55,719 bases of DNA from a virus (IMGVR_UViG_3300006735_004667:1-55719); one strand, 5' to 3'; shown: positions 27,500 through 36,893, numbered from the stretch's first letter. The notes: a model not told the origin generated them from the letters alone. Program-made: numbers and translations.

Positions 27500-27983
27500 T
27501 GGTTGTTCTACATTTGGAACTAAACCTATAACGGTTAGTTCTAAACCTATTGATATACAAATCATTCAACCAGCTATGCCAAGAGGTATAGATTTAGAAG
27601 ATGTTAGATGGCATGTAGTTTCTACAGCACCAATAGTTAATCCATGTGTAAAAGATACAGAAGGTAAAAGACCAAAAATGGACCATCCAGATGGTTTGTT
27701 AAAAGAGAATGGTAAACCTGTAAGAGTATGTAAATATGGTAAAGAAAATGATTGGCCGGAAGGATATTCATATTTAGATAGATTCTTAGAAGAAAATGCA
27801 GAAATGAATAATGGTGATGTAGTTTTCATGGCTATATCAGTTGGTGATTATGAAATTATGAGTGGTAATATGCAAGAACTAAGAAGATACATAAGAGAAG
27901 TACAGGAAGTTATAGTCTATTATCGTAATGTGACAATCAATGATAAACCTGCAGTCGGTGCAGAAGTAAAACTCAAACAATAA
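27417..27983 (+). CDS. Outer-membrane lipoprotein, o-spanin-like (Rz1-like)
   Basis: Lipobox-like IISGC, Pro-containing segment, overlap with the i-spanin 3' end. Confidence 0.6.
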   Translation: MFLTQSKKIAENLTRWTILPAILTLIISGCSTFGTKPITVSSKPIDIQIIQPAMPRGIDLEDVRWHVVSTAPIVNPCVKDTEGKRPKMDHPDGLLKENGKPVRVCKYGKENDWPEGYSYLDRFLEENAEMNNGDVVFMAISVGDYEIMSGNMQELRRYIREVQEVIVYYRNVTINDKPAVGAEVKLKQ

Positions 27984-27985
27984 GC

Positions 27986-28013
27986 TTGACAAAATAGAGT
28001 ATACTAGTATAAT
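27986..28013 (+). promoter_or_regulatory. sigma70-like promoter TTGACA-16-TATAAT
   Basis: Perfect hexamers upstream of primase. Confidence 0.7.
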
Positions 28014-28026
28014 AGTAGTATACATT

Positions 28027-29031
28027 ATGTTTTGGGTTGATAAGAAATATTTACGATTAGTTAGTTCTCGCTTTCGCAATAGTAAGTGGAAGAATGAAGA
28101 ACTATTAAATCATTCATGTCCTTATTGTGGTGATTCAGAAAAGAATCCTCACAAAGCAAGAGGATATCATTTTAAAATGAAAGAGACATATATCTACAAG
28201 TGTCATAACTGTGGTGTCTCTAAACCGTTTAGTAAGTTTCTTAAAGAACAAGATAATTCTCTCTGGAAACAGTATGCTGTAGAAAAGTTCTACAAAAAAG
28301 AACCTACATTTACAGAAATAGTAAAGACACCAAAGTCAACAAAAATATTTAAAGACGACCCACTTAAAAAAGTTGGTTGTGTATCTGCTGTTGACTCACA
28401 ACAAGCAAGAGATTATCTTAATCATAGACAGGTTCCAAAAGACAAATGGGATGAATTGTACTATATTGAAAATAGTCAATCTCTAAGTTCTTTGGATTAT
28501 AAGTATAAAGATAGAGTATTTGGAAATGACCCAAGACTGATTTTACCTTTCTATTCAAGACAGGGAAAACTAATTGGAGTTTCAGGTAGGGCTCTTAACA
28601 ATAACAAACTTAGATATCTAACACTAAAATTTGATGAAACGGAATCTCTCATCTATGGCTTACGAACAGTCGATTACAATAAAAAAGTTTATGTTACAGA
28701 AGGACCCATTGACAGCTTGTTTCTCCCGAATGCGATTGCAGTCGCAGGAAGTGATTTCTCAAAATTAAAATCGTATGTACCAACAGAACAAGCTGTGGTA
28801 GTATTCGATAATGAAAGTAGAAATAATGAATTAGTGAAAAAAATGAGTCAAATTATTGATGATGGTTTTACAATATGTTTCTGGCCGAAACATATAAAAC
28901 AGAAAGACATAAATGATATGATTTTAAATGGGTTTTCGAGTAAGTACATAGAAGAAGTAATTAATAATAATAAATTTTCAGGGTTATCAGCAAGAATGGC
29001 CTTGAGTGATTGGAGTAAAGTTAGTGGGTGA
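28027..29031 (+). CDS. gp61: DNA primase (T4 gp61-like)
   Basis: CPYCGDS...CHNC Zn finger, TEGPIDS TOPRIM, FDNE, KDIND. Confidence 0.95.
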   Translation: MFWVDKKYLRLVSSRFRNSKWKNEELLNHSCPYCGDSEKNPHKARGYHFKMKETYIYKCHNCGVSKPFSKFLKEQDNSLWKQYAVEKFYKKEPTFTEIVKTPKSTKIFKDDPLKKVGCVSAVDSQQARDYLNHRQVPKDKWDELYYIENSQSLSSLDYKYKDRVFGNDPRLILPFYSRQGKLIGVSGRALNNNKLRYLTLKFDETESLIYGLRTVDYNKKVYVTEGPIDSLFLPNAIAVAGSDFSKLKSYVPTEQAVVVFDNESRNNELVKKMSQIIDDGFTICFWPKHIKQKDINDMILNGFSSKYIEEVINNNKFSGLSARMALSDWSKVSG

Positions 29032-31357
29032 GATAGAAACTAGAATAGTTAAGAGAAGTGGTGAGTTAGAACCAATAGATTTAGAAAAAGTACATAGAAT
29101 GGTAGAAGCAGCATGTAAAGATGTTGCTGGAGTGTCTGAATCATCTGTAGAGATGAACTCAGGATTACAATTTTATGATGGAATTACATCAACAGAGATA
29201 CAAAGTATTCTCATAAAATCAGCTGCAGATTTGATAAGTTTAGAAACACCTAATTATCAATATGTAGCAGCAAGATTGTTGTTGTTTCAAATAAGAAAAA
29301 GTGTTTTTAACACTAAATGGAAAGATTCAAAGATTTATCCTCCATTGAAAGATATTGTCACACGGAATATTAATTATGAAGTGTATGATGATAAACTTAT
29401 CACATATTATAGTGAAGAGGAGTGGGATAAATTAGACAGTTATATGAAACACGATAGAGATATGTTGTTTACATATGCTGGATTAAGACAAGTAGTTGAC
29501 AAATATCTAGTTCAAGACAGAAGTTCTGGAAAGATATTTGAATCACCACAATATATGTATATGTTGATTGCTGCTGTCTTATTCAAGAATTATCCGAAAG
29601 AAAAGAGGTTATCGTATGTCAAAAGATATTACGATGCTGTATCAACATTTAAAATCAACATTCCGACACCTATCATGTCTGGCATCAGAACTCCTTTGCG
29701 ACAGTTTGCAAGTTGTGTTCTTGTTGACAGCGATGATACTTTGGACAGTATTTTTAGTTCTGATATGGCTATTGGTCGTTATGTTGCTCAGCGTGCGGGA
29801 ATTGGTATTAATGCTGGCAGAATACGAGGATTGGGTTCGAAGATTAGAGGTGGTGAGGTTCAACATACAGGAGTCATTCCGTTTCTTAAAAAGTTTGAAT
29901 CGACAGTTCGTTGTTGCACTCAAAATGGTGTTCGTGGCGGTTCAGCAACTGTTCATTTTCCGATATGGCATCAAGAAATTGAAGACATTATTGTTCTCAA
30001 GAACAACAAAGGTTCAGAAGACAACAGAGTCAGAAAATTAGATTATTCAATACAAATATCAAAATTGTTTTATGAAAGATTTCTAAAAAATGAAGATATA
30101 ACTCTGTTTAGTCCACATGAAGTACCTGGTTTATATGAAGCGTTTGGTACAGAAAAGTTTGATGAACTCTATGAACAATATGAAAGAGCTTATTCAGTAC
30201 CCAAAACTAAAATAAATGCTCAATCATTGTTCATGGAGTTGCTCAAAGAAAGAGCAGAAACAGGTAGAATCTATATCATGAATATAGACCATTGTAATAG
30301 TCATTCATCTTTTGTTGAAGAAGAATCAAAAATCAATATGTCTAATTTGTGTCAAGAGATTACATTACCAACAGAACCATTACAAAATCCAAATGATACT
30401 AAAGGTGAAATAGCACTTTGTATATTGTCTGCTATCAATGTTGGTCAACTGACTACTGATTTAAAAGATTTACCTGAATTATGTGATTTGACAGTAAGAG
30501 CATTAGATGAAGTAATTGATTATCAGAGATATCCTGTTCCAGCAGCAGAACATTCAACAGTCAATAGAAGAAGTCTTGGTATTGGTTATATTGGACTAGC
30601 ACATTTTCTAGCAAAGAACAAATTAAAATATGATGATAAAGAAGCACATGAATTAGTTCACAAATTGAGTGAACATTTTCAATTCAATTTGATTAAAACA
30701 TCTGTTGAACTAGCAAAAGAGAAAGGTTCTTGTGGGTATTATAATCAGACAAAATATCATCAAGGACTATTACCAATAGACCATTATAAAAAAGATGTTG
30801 ATGAATTAGTGAATCCAGATTATGAATGTGATTGGGAATCATTAAGAGAAGAAGTTATTAAACACGGAATGAGAAACTCTACATTATCTGCTCAGATGCC
30901 TTCGGAGAGTTCCTCTGTGGTGTCGAATGAGACAAATGGTATAGAACCACCAAGAGATTACTTATCAATTAAAAAATCTAAAAAAGGACCTCTCAAACAA
31001 ATAGTTCCAGGATATCCACATTTAAAGAACAATTATACTTTATTATGGGATATGCCAAGTAATGATGGGTATATCAAAGTTGTATCAGTAATGCAAAAGT
31101 TTTTTGACCAAGCAATAAGTGGTAATTGGAGTTATAATCCTGAAAATTATGATAATAATGAAGTACCATTATCTGAAATGGCAAAAGATATGTTAAACAC
31201 ATACAAATATGGTTGGAAAACATCTTATTATCAAAATACTTACGATAGTAAAACAGATGAAGATATAGAAGATGATTCAACAGCAAAAGATATAGTATCA
31301 AATGACAATTATGAAGATTTTGATGATGAAGAAGATTGTGAGGCGTGTGCAATATGA
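29024..31357 (+). CDS. nrdA: Ribonucleotide reductase class Ia alpha subunit
   Basis: ATP cone (VKRSG), FASCVL, SNLCQEI, C-terminal CEAC; GTG start after GGAG. Confidence 0.97.
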   Translation: MGEIETRIVKRSGELEPIDLEKVHRMVEAACKDVAGVSESSVEMNSGLQFYDGITSTEIQSILIKSAADLISLETPNYQYVAARLLLFQIRKSVFNTKWKDSKIYPPLKDIVTRNINYEVYDDKLITYYSEEEWDKLDSYMKHDRDMLFTYAGLRQVVDKYLVQDRSSGKIFESPQYMYMLIAAVLFKNYPKEKRLSYVKRYYDAVSTFKINIPTPIMSGIRTPLRQFASCVLVDSDDTLDSIFSSDMAIGRYVAQRAGIGINAGRIRGLGSKIRGGEVQHTGVIPFLKKFESTVRCCTQNGVRGGSATVHFPIWHQEIEDIIVLKNNKGSEDNRVRKLDYSIQISKLFYERFLKNEDITLFSPHEVPGLYEAFGTEKFDELYEQYERAYSVPKTKINAQSLFMELLKERAETGRIYIMNIDHCNSHSSFVEEESKINMSNLCQEITLPTEPLQNPNDTKGEIALCILSAINVGQLTTDLKDLPELCDLTVRALDEVIDYQRYPVPAAEHSTVNRRSLGIGYIGLAHFLAKNKLKYDDKEAHELVHKLSEHFQFNLIKTSVELAKEKGSCGYYNQTKYHQGLLPIDHYKKDVDELVNPDYECDWESLREEVIKHGMRNSTLSAQMPSESSSVVSNETNGIEPPRDYLSIKKSKKGPLKQIVPGYPHLKNNYTLLWDMPSNDGYIKVVSVMQKFFDQAISGNWSYNPENYDNNEVPLSEMAKDMLNTYKYGWKTSYYQNTYDSKTDEDIEDDSTAKDIVSNDNYEDFDDEEDCEACAI

Positions 31358-32451
31358 GTGTATTTAATAAAAACAAAGTAAACACTTTAAAACAACCGAT
31401 GTTCTTTGGTGAAGAATTGAATACACAAAGATATGACGAGTTTAAATATCCTATATTTGATAAGTTAACACAAACACAACTAGGATACTTCTGGAGACCA
31501 GAAGAAGTATCTCTACAAAAAGACCGAAATGATTATCAATCATTAGACGAAGGACAAAAACACATCTTTACAGCGAATCTAAAATATCAGACACTATTAG
31601 ATTCAGTTCAAGGTCGTGGTCCTGCATTAGCATTACTGCCGTATTGTTCTATTCCAGAACTTGAAGGATGCATCATTGCTTGGGACTTTATGGAGTCTAT
31701 ACATAGTCGGTCATACACTTATATAATGAAGAACTTATATCCAAATCCTGCAGAAGTGTTTGATACTATTTTAGATACAAAAGAAATAGTTCAAAGAGCT
31801 GAGTCAGTCACTAAATGTTATGATAATTTTATAGAATATGCTCAAAAGTATCAATTAGGATATGTTAAAGATACTAGAGAACTTAAAAAAAGATTCTATT
31901 TGATGATGATATCAATTAACATATTAGAAGGTGTAAGATTCTATGTATCATTTGCATGCACATTTGGATTCGGAGAGTTAAGACTTATGGAAGGTAGTGC
32001 AAAGATTATATCTTTGATTGCAAGAGATGAATCTCAACATCTAGCTATATCACAACATATTATAAAAAACTATAAAAAGTTTGAAAATGATAAAGAAATG
32101 TTATCTATAATGAAAGAATGTGAAGATGAAGTCTATAATATGTATCGTCAAGCAGTAGAAGAAGAAAAAGAGTGGGCGAAATATTTGTTTAAAGATGGGT
32201 CAATGATTGGGTTGTCAGAAACATTACTAAGTAATTATGTTGAATATATTGCTAACAAAAGACTAAAAGGTATTGGTTTAGAACCTATATATGATATATC
32301 AAGTAGAAATAATCCTTTACCATGGACTCAACATTGGTTATCAAGTAGAGGACAACAAAATGCACCACAAGAAACAGAAATAGAATCATATATTATTGGT
32401 GGTATAAAACAAGATATAGAAGAAAATACATTTGGAGAGTTTAAATTATGA
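31354..32451 (+). CDS. nrdB: Ribonucleotide reductase class Ia beta subunit
   Basis: FWRPEEV, ESIHSRSY, EGVRFY, RDESQH, APQETE. Confidence 0.97.
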   Translation: MSVFNKNKVNTLKQPMFFGEELNTQRYDEFKYPIFDKLTQTQLGYFWRPEEVSLQKDRNDYQSLDEGQKHIFTANLKYQTLLDSVQGRGPALALLPYCSIPELEGCIIAWDFMESIHSRSYTYIMKNLYPNPAEVFDTILDTKEIVQRAESVTKCYDNFIEYAQKYQLGYVKDTRELKKRFYLMMISINILEGVRFYVSFACTFGFGELRLMEGSAKIISLIARDESQHLAISQHIIKNYKKFENDKEMLSIMKECEDEVYNMYRQAVEEEKEWAKYLFKDGSMIGLSETLLSNYVEYIANKRLKGIGLEPIYDISSRNNPLPWTQHWLSSRGQQNAPQETEIESYIIGGIKQDIEENTFGEFKL

Positions 32452-32567
32452 TGGAACCATTTGAGAATATCGGTGAACTAATAACATTTATTAGTCTTGT
32501 CTCATTAGCGTGGATAACACCACTCTTTTTTATATGGATTGATAGAGGTATCAATGGAGATAGATAA
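32448..32567 (+). CDS. Small membrane peptide, 39 aa (not in ORF track)
   Basis: MMEPFENIGELITFISLVSLAWITPLFFIWIDRGINGDR; ATGA overlap with nrdB stop. Confidence 0.5.
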   Translation: MMEPFENIGELITFISLVSLAWITPLFFIWIDRGINGDR

Positions 32568-32730
32568 GAAAATATTACAAGTAGTCAATCTTTCTCCAGA
32601 TGAAAGTGTTGTAGAAAAAATAGTAGAAGTACATCCGATGAAACAAGTAGCAATCATGTCAGTAGTACAAGTTGTTATATTTTTCATGATGTTAGGAAGT
32701 ATGGTATTAATAGGAAAAATATTTGAATGA
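32554..32730 (+). CDS. Small membrane protein
   Basis: C-terminal TM; SD GAGG. Confidence 0.6.
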   Translation: MEIDKKILQVVNLSPDESVVEKIVEVHPMKQVAIMSVVQVVIFFMMLGSMVLIGKIFE

Positions 32731-33170
32731 AAGAATTAGGAATGACAATGTTCGGAGTGTTATGTATAGTAGCATTCTTTAGTATAAAAATATATCCAGA
32801 TTTAGAATATTCTGGTGTCGGTGGTGGTCATTCATGCACCGGTGAATGTTATGAAGAATATGTAAGAATCAATGGTACTAGTGTTGAAATAGAACAGAGA
32901 AAACAAGCACTTGCATCAGTTGATGAATTTAGTTCTATCAAAAGTTTATGGTCTGGTTGTGCAGCATGTCATGGCAACGAAGGTCAAGGTATGGGAGTAT
33001 TTCCAAAACTTGCAGGACAGAATGCTGATTACATAATAAACAGACTGAATCAATACAAAAACAGAGAACAAATAGGTCCTATGAGTGCTACAATGTGGGC
33101 ACAAGCAGGTATGTTATCTGACAATGACATAAATACTATTGGTAGATTTATTGAGGAGACTATGAAATGA
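32727..33170 (+). CDS. Membrane-anchored monoheme cytochrome c (c553/c4-like)
   Basis: CAACH, G.G..FPKLAGQ..DYI...L..YK, distal Met candidates; N-terminal TM. Confidence 0.88.
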   Translation: MKELGMTMFGVLCIVAFFSIKIYPDLEYSGVGGGHSCTGECYEEYVRINGTSVEIEQRKQALASVDEFSSIKSLWSGCAACHGNEGQGMGVFPKLAGQNADYIINRLNQYKNREQIGPMSATMWAQAGMLSDNDINTIGRFIEETMK

Positions 33171-33400
33171 TTGAAATATACAGTAAACCAGCATGTCCTT
33201 ATTGTGTTAGAGCAAAGAACTTATGTGAACAAAAAGGATATGAATATACATACAAAATGTTGGACGAAGACTTTACCAGAGAAGAACTCTTTGAGAAGTT
33301 TCCAACAGCAAGAACATTTCCACAGATAACAGCTCATGGAGAGTATATCGGTGGATTTACAGAATTTGAACAATGGACTAACGGAGAAAGAAGGATTTAA
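33167..33400 (+). CDS. nrdC: Glutaredoxin
   Basis: CPYC, TFPQI, IGGF. Confidence 0.92.
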   Translation: MIEIYSKPACPYCVRAKNLCEQKGYEYTYKMLDEDFTREELFEKFPTARTFPQITAHGEYIGGFTEFEQWTNGERRI

Positions 33401-33402
33401 AC

Positions 33403-33594
33403 ATGGAAAACATAGAACATCATGGCGAAAATTGTATTGAGATGTTTTGTGAAGAATGTGGAGCAGACTTTACGATAGAACACGAAATGGGATTACAGTA
33501 TATTCCACACTATTGTACATTTTGTGGTGAAGAAATATATCGTGAAGAGGAGAATATAGATTATGAAGAAAACAATCAAGGAACAGTTCACTAG
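33403..33594 (+). CDS. Zn-ribbon protein
   Basis: CEEC...CTFC. Confidence 0.65.
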   Translation: MENIEHHGENCIEMFCEECGADFTIEHEMGLQYIPHYCTFCGEEIYREEENIDYEENNQGTVH

Positions 33595-33853
33595 AGTAAA
33601 TCTAGAAACAAACATATACACCCTACTGATACTAGGTTCTCTAGTATTAATGTCATTAACATCTTGTTCAATCGTAGAAATCAACAAACAGAAGATTGAA
33701 CCTGATATGGAAGAACTACAACCATTATACGAAAAATGTAAAAGATTTGAATACAAACATGACCCAGCTAGAAAAGGTCCTATGTTTGATTTATGGATGG
33801 AATGTATCATGAATGAACAAGAAAGAGTAAGACTTTTAAAACATACAGCATGA
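33563..33853 (+). CDS. Putative lipoprotein
   Basis: Hydrophobic stretch plus LTSC. Confidence 0.5.
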   Translation: MKKTIKEQFTRVNLETNIYTLLILGSLVLMSLTSCSIVEINKQKIEPDMEELQPLYEKCKRFEYKHDPARKGPMFDLWMECIMNEQERVRLLKHTA

Positions 33854-34116
33854 AGAATCTAAACAAATTCACTTATGTTCCTGGTAGTAAGAACGAAACT
33901 GATAAGATTCTATTGTTCAATAATGTAGCAGTAGCGTTTGAAGATGTAGCGTTGATGTGTCTATTCTTTATGGAGAATGAAGACAATCTATACCCACCTT
34001 CAAGAGGCTTTAAAGGTGCTGAAATGTTTAAAGATTACATTAAAGAAACACTAGAAACAAGAAAAATACCACAAGACAAACAATATGCAATCAAAAAAAG
34101 GAGAACTAAAGTATGA
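33850..34116 (+). CDS. Hypothetical protein
   Basis: ORF with start/stop overlaps. Confidence 0.6.
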   Translation: MKNLNKFTYVPGSKNETDKILLFNNVAVAFEDVALMCLFFMENEDNLYPPSRGFKGAEMFKDYIKETLETRKIPQDKQYAIKKRRTKV

Positions 34117-34214
34117 ATAACTTTCCAGACATAATAGACTACTTCATCTTTGTATTAGTAGCACTCATTCCAATAACATTTATAGCTGCTTTCATAGAGA
34201 GAATATGGTCATGA
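34113..34214 (+). CDS. Small membrane peptide, 33 aa (not in ORF track)
   Basis: MNNFPDIIDYFIFVLVALIPITFIAAFIERIWS; SD AGGAG. Confidence 0.55.
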   Translation: MNNFPDIIDYFIFVLVALIPITFIAAFIERIWS

Positions 34215-34456
34215 TAACATACAAACAACTAAAGAAACTAGTAAAAGAGAACGCAAATGACATGATGTTAGGTTCTAAAATAAGAGAGATATATCGTAAT
34301 AATGTCAAAGAGATAACAGAATTAGAAAGATTCAATCTCATCAATGACGCCGCGCAACAATCAATAACCGAAGGCACGAAGGTTACGAGCTCAGAAATAC
34401 AGTTAGAATTAGACTTAGAAGAAGCTTTAGAAGACCTCAAAGAAGACAAAGAATAG
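34205..34456 (+). CDS. Hypothetical protein
   Basis: ORF. Confidence 0.6.
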   Translation: MVMITYKQLKKLVKENANDMMLGSKIREIYRNNVKEITELERFNLINDAAQQSITEGTKVTSSEIQLELDLEEALEDLKEDKE

Positions 34457-34476
34457 AGTTATAAATACTTCTTATC

Positions 34477-34743
34477 ATGGCAATAAGAAGATATACAGAG
34501 AGTCAAAACATAAGATTCGAAGTTCACATAGTAGAACTATTAGACGAAGCTTTACAATCCCAATGGTGTAAAGACAGAAACTTCAACAGAAGTGACTTAA
34601 TACGACATCTAGTTCGTATAGGATTACACAATTTTCAAAGAAAACAACCAATGAATAGAGAGTTTATCTCAGAGAGAGATGAATCTTTTGGGTCTTTAGA
34701 TGTTAATTCAAGTAATGTGAAAGACTTATTCGGTGATTCTTAA
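34477..34743 (+). CDS. Ribbon-helix-helix (CopG-like) DNA-binding protein
   Basis: IRFEV strand, helix, NRSDLIRHLVRIGL; late promoter TATAAATA 34460-34467. Confidence 0.55.
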   Translation: MAIRRYTESQNIRFEVHIVELLDEALQSQWCKDRNFNRSDLIRHLVRIGLHNFQRKQPMNREFISERDESFGSLDVNSSNVKDLFGDS

Positions 34744-34800
34744 TGTCTTTTATATGTGTAAACACTAACAGAACACATGAAAAGTATCAAATAACCGAGT

Positions 34801-35217
34801 GTGAGAGAGAATACGAAAGTCTTCATGAAAAAGAAAACAAAAAAGTCTAAAAGAGTTTCAAAGATTCATAGAGTTTACTGTACTTACTTCAAAGACGGCC
34901 GCTACTATATAGGTTATTCGTGTAAACCAGAGAAACAGTTCGAGAAGTACTTCGGAAGTAGTAGTATTATAAAAGAAGCGAATAGTAACGAACTAGAGAA
35001 GGAGTTACTCCTTGTTACCCCTCATCGGAATAAAGCTAAAATACAAGAGTTTCTCCTACAATGGCAATGTAGACACGACAGTATGTGTTTAAATGATATG
35101 ATACATATAAGACTAAGACTATCTCATCTCAAAGACTTCACACCCATCTCATGGACACCAAGACATTCAACAGATACATTCGTAGATACACCAGACGGGT
35201 ATAAGACAGTTACATAG
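34801..35217 (+). CDS. GIY-YIG-like (Seg-like) endonuclease domain protein
   Basis: VYCTY...YYIGYS, YFGSS, E...N; alternative start 34825. Confidence 0.6.
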   Translation: MRENTKVFMKKKTKKSKRVSKIHRVYCTYFKDGRYYIGYSCKPEKQFEKYFGSSSIIKEANSNELEKELLLVTPHRNKAKIQEFLLQWQCRHDSMCLNDMIHIRLRLSHLKDFTPISWTPRHSTDTFVDTPDGYKTVT

Positions 35218-35246
35218 AAAAAGGACTCCATCGGAGGCCTTTGTTT
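35218..35246. terminator. Bidirectional terminator-like hairpin between convergent genes
   Basis: AAAAAGG-A-CTCC-ATC-GGAG-G-CCTTTG; second stem ACTCTCCC/GGGAGAGT at 35263-35291. Confidence 0.55.
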
Positions 35247-35297
35247 ATAAGGGTTTCAGAGTACTCTCCCGGAACGAATACTAGGGAGAGTTAAACT

Positions 35298-35495
35298 CTA
35301 TATTGTTGTCATGTTATCATAAAAGAAATCTTTATCCCAATCATCACCAAGAGTCTTATCAAGAAGCTTCTCTGGTGTTGTTATGTTATTAACAACATCA
35401 TTGAAGTTATCCTTCGTTATAAGAACACTATCTGGATACTCCGTTGCGATGTGAGTAAGATTCAGTCTATGTGTGTAATCTTTCTTATTTTTCAT
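35298..35495 (-). CDS. Hypothetical early protein
   Basis: ORF directly downstream of the minus-strand promoter. Confidence 0.55.
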   Translation of the reverse strand: MKNKKDYTHRLNLTHIATEYPDSVLITKDNFNDVVNNITTPEKLLDKTLGDDWDKDFFYDNMTTI

Positions 35496-35504
35496 TATGT
35501 ACAT

Positions 35505-35534
35505 AGTATATCAAAAGTGTACATGCGTTGTCAA
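35505..35534 (-). promoter_or_regulatory. Conserved early-type promoter (GTAC-spacer family)
   Basis: TTGACA-ACGCATGTACACTTTTGA-TATACT on the minus strand. Confidence 0.75.
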
Positions 35535-35693
35535 ATAGGGGGGGTAGGTGGAGACTCAGAATACCACATATCGATATACGGACTTACTGCAACCTGGTTG
35601 TTCAAAGAAAACTAAACCAATTTCAAAACCATGATATCAAAATTTTTTTTTCTATATTTTTTTTCGTCTCAAACCAAAATTTTTTTCCGGTAC

Positions 35694-35723
35694 TTGAAAC
35701 CACTGGTACCCTTTTTGTATACT
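35694..35723 (+). promoter_or_regulatory. Conserved early-type promoter with upstream T-tracts
   Basis: TTGAAA-CCACTGGTACCCTTTTTG-TATACT. Confidence 0.75.
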
Positions 35724-35729
35724 ATAAAC

Positions 35730-35852
35730 ATGATGAAAACTTACTTACGAAAATTAGACATCTGGTTCTTTAGTAGTCCAGCTGTTGGTATGATGTTCCC
35801 TTGGGTTGTTGTATTCTCAATAATTCATGGTGTCTCTTACATAGTATCTTAA
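35730..35852 (+). CDS. Small membrane peptide, leaderless
   Basis: MMKTYLRKLDIWFFSSPAVGMMFPWVVVFSIIHGVSYIVS. Confidence 0.55.
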   Translation: MMKTYLRKLDIWFFSSPAVGMMFPWVVVFSIIHGVSYIVS

Positions 35853-35855
35853 TAC

Positions 35856-35885
35856 TTGACACCGCGGGTACACTTTTTGTATACT
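35856..35885 (+). promoter_or_regulatory. Conserved early-type promoter
   Basis: TTGACA-CCGCGGGTACACTTTTTG-TATACT. Confidence 0.8.
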
Positions 35886-35891
35886 ATAGAC

Positions 35892-36254
35892 ATGATAAAG
35901 AAAGAGGTAAATAATATGGAAAATGGAATCTGGTCAGAGTTCGCCGAAGAAGGACTCAATTCAATAAAGATAGAAAAAGAATCTTTGAAAGATGTCTTTC
36001 AAGAACCTTTCGAAGGTATTAGATATAAACATTCAGGTAAAATGTATGAAGGATATGTTGATGAAGTGTTTGATGATTACATTGTAGCAAGAGTTGAACT
36101 TTGTTTAGATGATTTTAGTCGAAAGCTTGGAGAATTTGACACGGTGATACTTTATAAACAAGTATTTAAATCAATCGAATTAGAATGGTGGTATGAAGGA
36201 CAAGGTTCTTGTACTAGAGGTTCTGGTTCATGGGAAAAATTGGAGGTAGCTTAA
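35892..36254 (+). CDS. Hypothetical early protein (alternative SD-led start 35916)
   Basis: ORF after promoter. Confidence 0.65.
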   Translation: MIKKEVNNMENGIWSEFAEEGLNSIKIEKESLKDVFQEPFEGIRYKHSGKMYEGYVDEVFDDYIVARVELCLDDFSRKLGEFDTVILYKQVFKSIELEWWYEGQGSCTRGSGSWEKLEVA

Positions 36255-36255
36255 T

Positions 36256-36444
36256 ATGTTAATTGAAATAACACAAGCAGATTATAAAAAGTTTCTGAGA
36301 AAGGTAAGTATTCTTAAGAGTAATGGTATTGTTCTTGATTATACAGTCGTTTCTCCGAACAAAAGGGTGGTCAAATTGACTATGAATAAGGTATATGATT
36401 GGGTCAAACTAGACTCAATTTGTGAAAAGGGGAGTGTTTCATGA
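36256..36444 (+). CDS. Hypothetical protein
   Basis: SD GGAGG. Confidence 0.6.
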   Translation: MLIEITQADYKKFLRKVSILKSNGIVLDYTVVSPNKRVVKLTMNKVYDWVKLDSICEKGSVS

Positions 36445-36893
36445 GTGATAAGTATGTAAAATTGGAGAACCTTGAGGGTTTTGATGATGAATTTCTCAAT
36501 GCTTTGAGTGAATTAGAGTTAAGAATCTTTGAAGATTATGACAGATTCATGCCTTCTAAAGGTAATAAAGGATTTCCAGAAACAGTTCCTGGCGAACATC
36601 CGATGTTTACTGAGTTCAAAAATGACTTTGGTTATTCTGTTAAAGGTAGAAAGTATCTGAAACTAGTGATAGGAGCTTTTGGTGAAAGAAATCAAACTTC
36701 TGTTTGGGGTTTCATTGCTAAATCTGATTTTAAAGTAAACAACAAAAAGAAGTCAGGTGGTCCATTCATAGATTTTAAAGAGGGTGATATACTCAAATCA
36801 GCAGGTTGGAATACACCAGCTCTAAACAGTCCAAGAGGTAATATCTTTAGTGATGATTATTCAGTTGGTTGGACTGGACCAAAATATTTATGA
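36441..36893 (+). CDS. Conserved phage early protein
   Basis: GRKYLK...SVWGFI...GDILK.AGW..PA....RGNI...WTGP.YL pattern. Confidence 0.7.
   Translation: MSDKYVKLENLEGFDDEFLNALSELELRIFEDYDRFMPSKGNKGFPETVPGEHPMFTEFKNDFGYSVKGRKYLKLVIGAFGERNQTSVWGFIAKSDFKVNNKKKSGGPFIDFKEGDILKSAGWNTPALNSPRGNIFSDDYSVGWTGPKYL

Noticed and set aside
2389-32451. Introns or inteins in gp43, uvsX, gp41, nrdA, nrdB
   Set aside because: ORFs are continuous and of ordinary length, with no intein motifs seen.
35528-35773. 81-aa ORF across the promoter island, and the upstream part of 35631-35852
   Set aside because: Runs through G and T tracts and promoters; likely spurious.
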